NCBI GenBank assembly: GCA_963730935.1
Contig: CAVSTP010000003.1
Span: 96,001-160,000, forward strand
Source: an uncultured Nitrospiraceae bacterium
GTDB taxonomy: Bacteria; Nitrospirota; Nitrospiria; Nitrospirales; Nitrospiraceae
Reading direction: 5' to 3'
Length of the DNA stretch: 64,000 bases
The notes under the pieces were generated by a model. It saw only the letters and a program-made list of their open reading frames with translations. It searched no databases and was not told the origin of the DNA. A program made the translations under genes and the position numbers. Below are positions 63,286 through 64,000 of the stretch, in pieces (position 1 is the stretch's first letter; each line of letters opens with the position of its first letter).

Positions 63286-63780
63286 ATGGCCACTGCGCAG
63301 AAGATTCGGGTCCTTATTGTGGATGACCATGTCATGGTGCGCCAGGGACTGCGTGCAGTTCTGCAATCCTACCCCAACATCGATGTCGTGGGCGAAGCGG
63401 GAAATGGTGAAGAGGCGCTCTCGAGCGTGGCAAAACTTCAGCCCACCATCGTGGTGATGGACATCAGCATGCCGAGCCTCGACGGCATCGGCGCGACACG
63501 ACTGATCAAAACGCAATACCCACAGATCGCGGTGCTCGGGTTATCGGTCAACGCCCCGAGCTATCATGTCGATGCGATGTTGAAGGCAGGAGCATTTGAC
63601 GTGATCACGAAGGAAAAGGCCGTCGACGAGTTATACAGCGCCATCCAGCGGGCGACAGCCGCCATTCAGCCCATTCTCGTTCTCCAGGAACAGCCACCAG
63701 CAGAACAGGCGGGTGCGTCTGAAGCGGCCGAGGCGCCGCGGACATCCGATATCATGCCGGCAAAAGCGCCCAAGATCTAG
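63286..63780 (+). CDS. Receiver protein with low-complexity tail and no HTH
   Basis: IRVLIVDDH, VVMDISMPSLDG, VITK; Pro/Ala/Glu-rich tail. Confidence 0.9.
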   Translation: MATAQKIRVLIVDDHVMVRQGLRAVLQSYPNIDVVGEAGNGEEALSSVAKLQPTIVVMDISMPSLDGIGATRLIKTQYPQIAVLGLSVNAPSYHVDAMLKAGAFDVITKEKAVDELYSAIQRATAAIQPILVLQEQPPAEQAGASEAAEAPRTSDIMPAKAPKI

Positions 63781-64000
63781 CGGTCACGAGTACCCGGAAA
63801 GCGACCCTGCTGCCTTCGAGCTTCTGCCTCCCGATCGATCGTCTTCAATGCTTCCAGTTGAAACGTGAGTTCTGCGATGCGCCGATCACGCTCGCGTACC
63901 TGCCGCTGAAGAGATTGCACCACCGCCGACTGAGCGCCCATCGGTTCGACCCTGCTGCTGTCGGACGCCTGGGGCAGGCGCTCGGGCAGGTGTTCGGGCG
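63777..64000 (-). CDS. 3' end of a coiled-coil protein (partial; begins beyond the window)
   Basis: ...SLQRQVRERDRRIAELTFQLEALKTIDREAE...; stop at 63777-63779. Confidence 0.6.
   Translation of the reverse strand, partial: PEHLPERLPQASDSSRVEPMGAQSAVVQSLQRQVRERDRRIAELTFQLEALKTIDREAEARRQQGRFPGTRDR

Overview
Bacterial chromosomal accessory region. The gene repertoire resembles Nitrospira-type genomes, but that is an inference and not a proven assignment. Signalling content: two HisKA_3 sensor kinases, one full NarL/LuxR regulator, five output-less receiver proteins, stand-alone PAS (x2), MEDS and PilZ (x2) proteins, and an FhlA-like sigma54 activator. Metabolic and envelope content: an 11-kb trehalose/alpha-glucan operon (DUF5752-like, treS, treT-like, ggs-like, MscS-TM, glgE, maltokinase, glgB) with a convergent alpha-glucosidase; three tandem exported cupredoxin-like paralogs plus a c-type heme protein; PagL-like deacylase, delta-9 desaturase, lipases, PiT transporter, P460-fold cytochrome, FGE/HAD with an arylsulfatase remnant, an RRM protein and a DEAD-box helicase. 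The best candidates for undescribed biology are: (1) a cyclase-less two-gene TIR-beta-barrel + multi-TM module downstream of a tRNA-Thr remnant (possible anti-phage system); (2) a dispersed family of up to 7 small helical-hairpin proteins, most lying beside two-component or sensor genes; (3) the cupredoxin triad with graded copper ligands; (4) a recurring CCTACA-N4-TGTAGG operator and a small GNRA-hairpin RNA. No CRISPR array, rRNA, intact tRNA, transposase or integrase was found. All family assignments come from motif recognition by eye, not from database searches.
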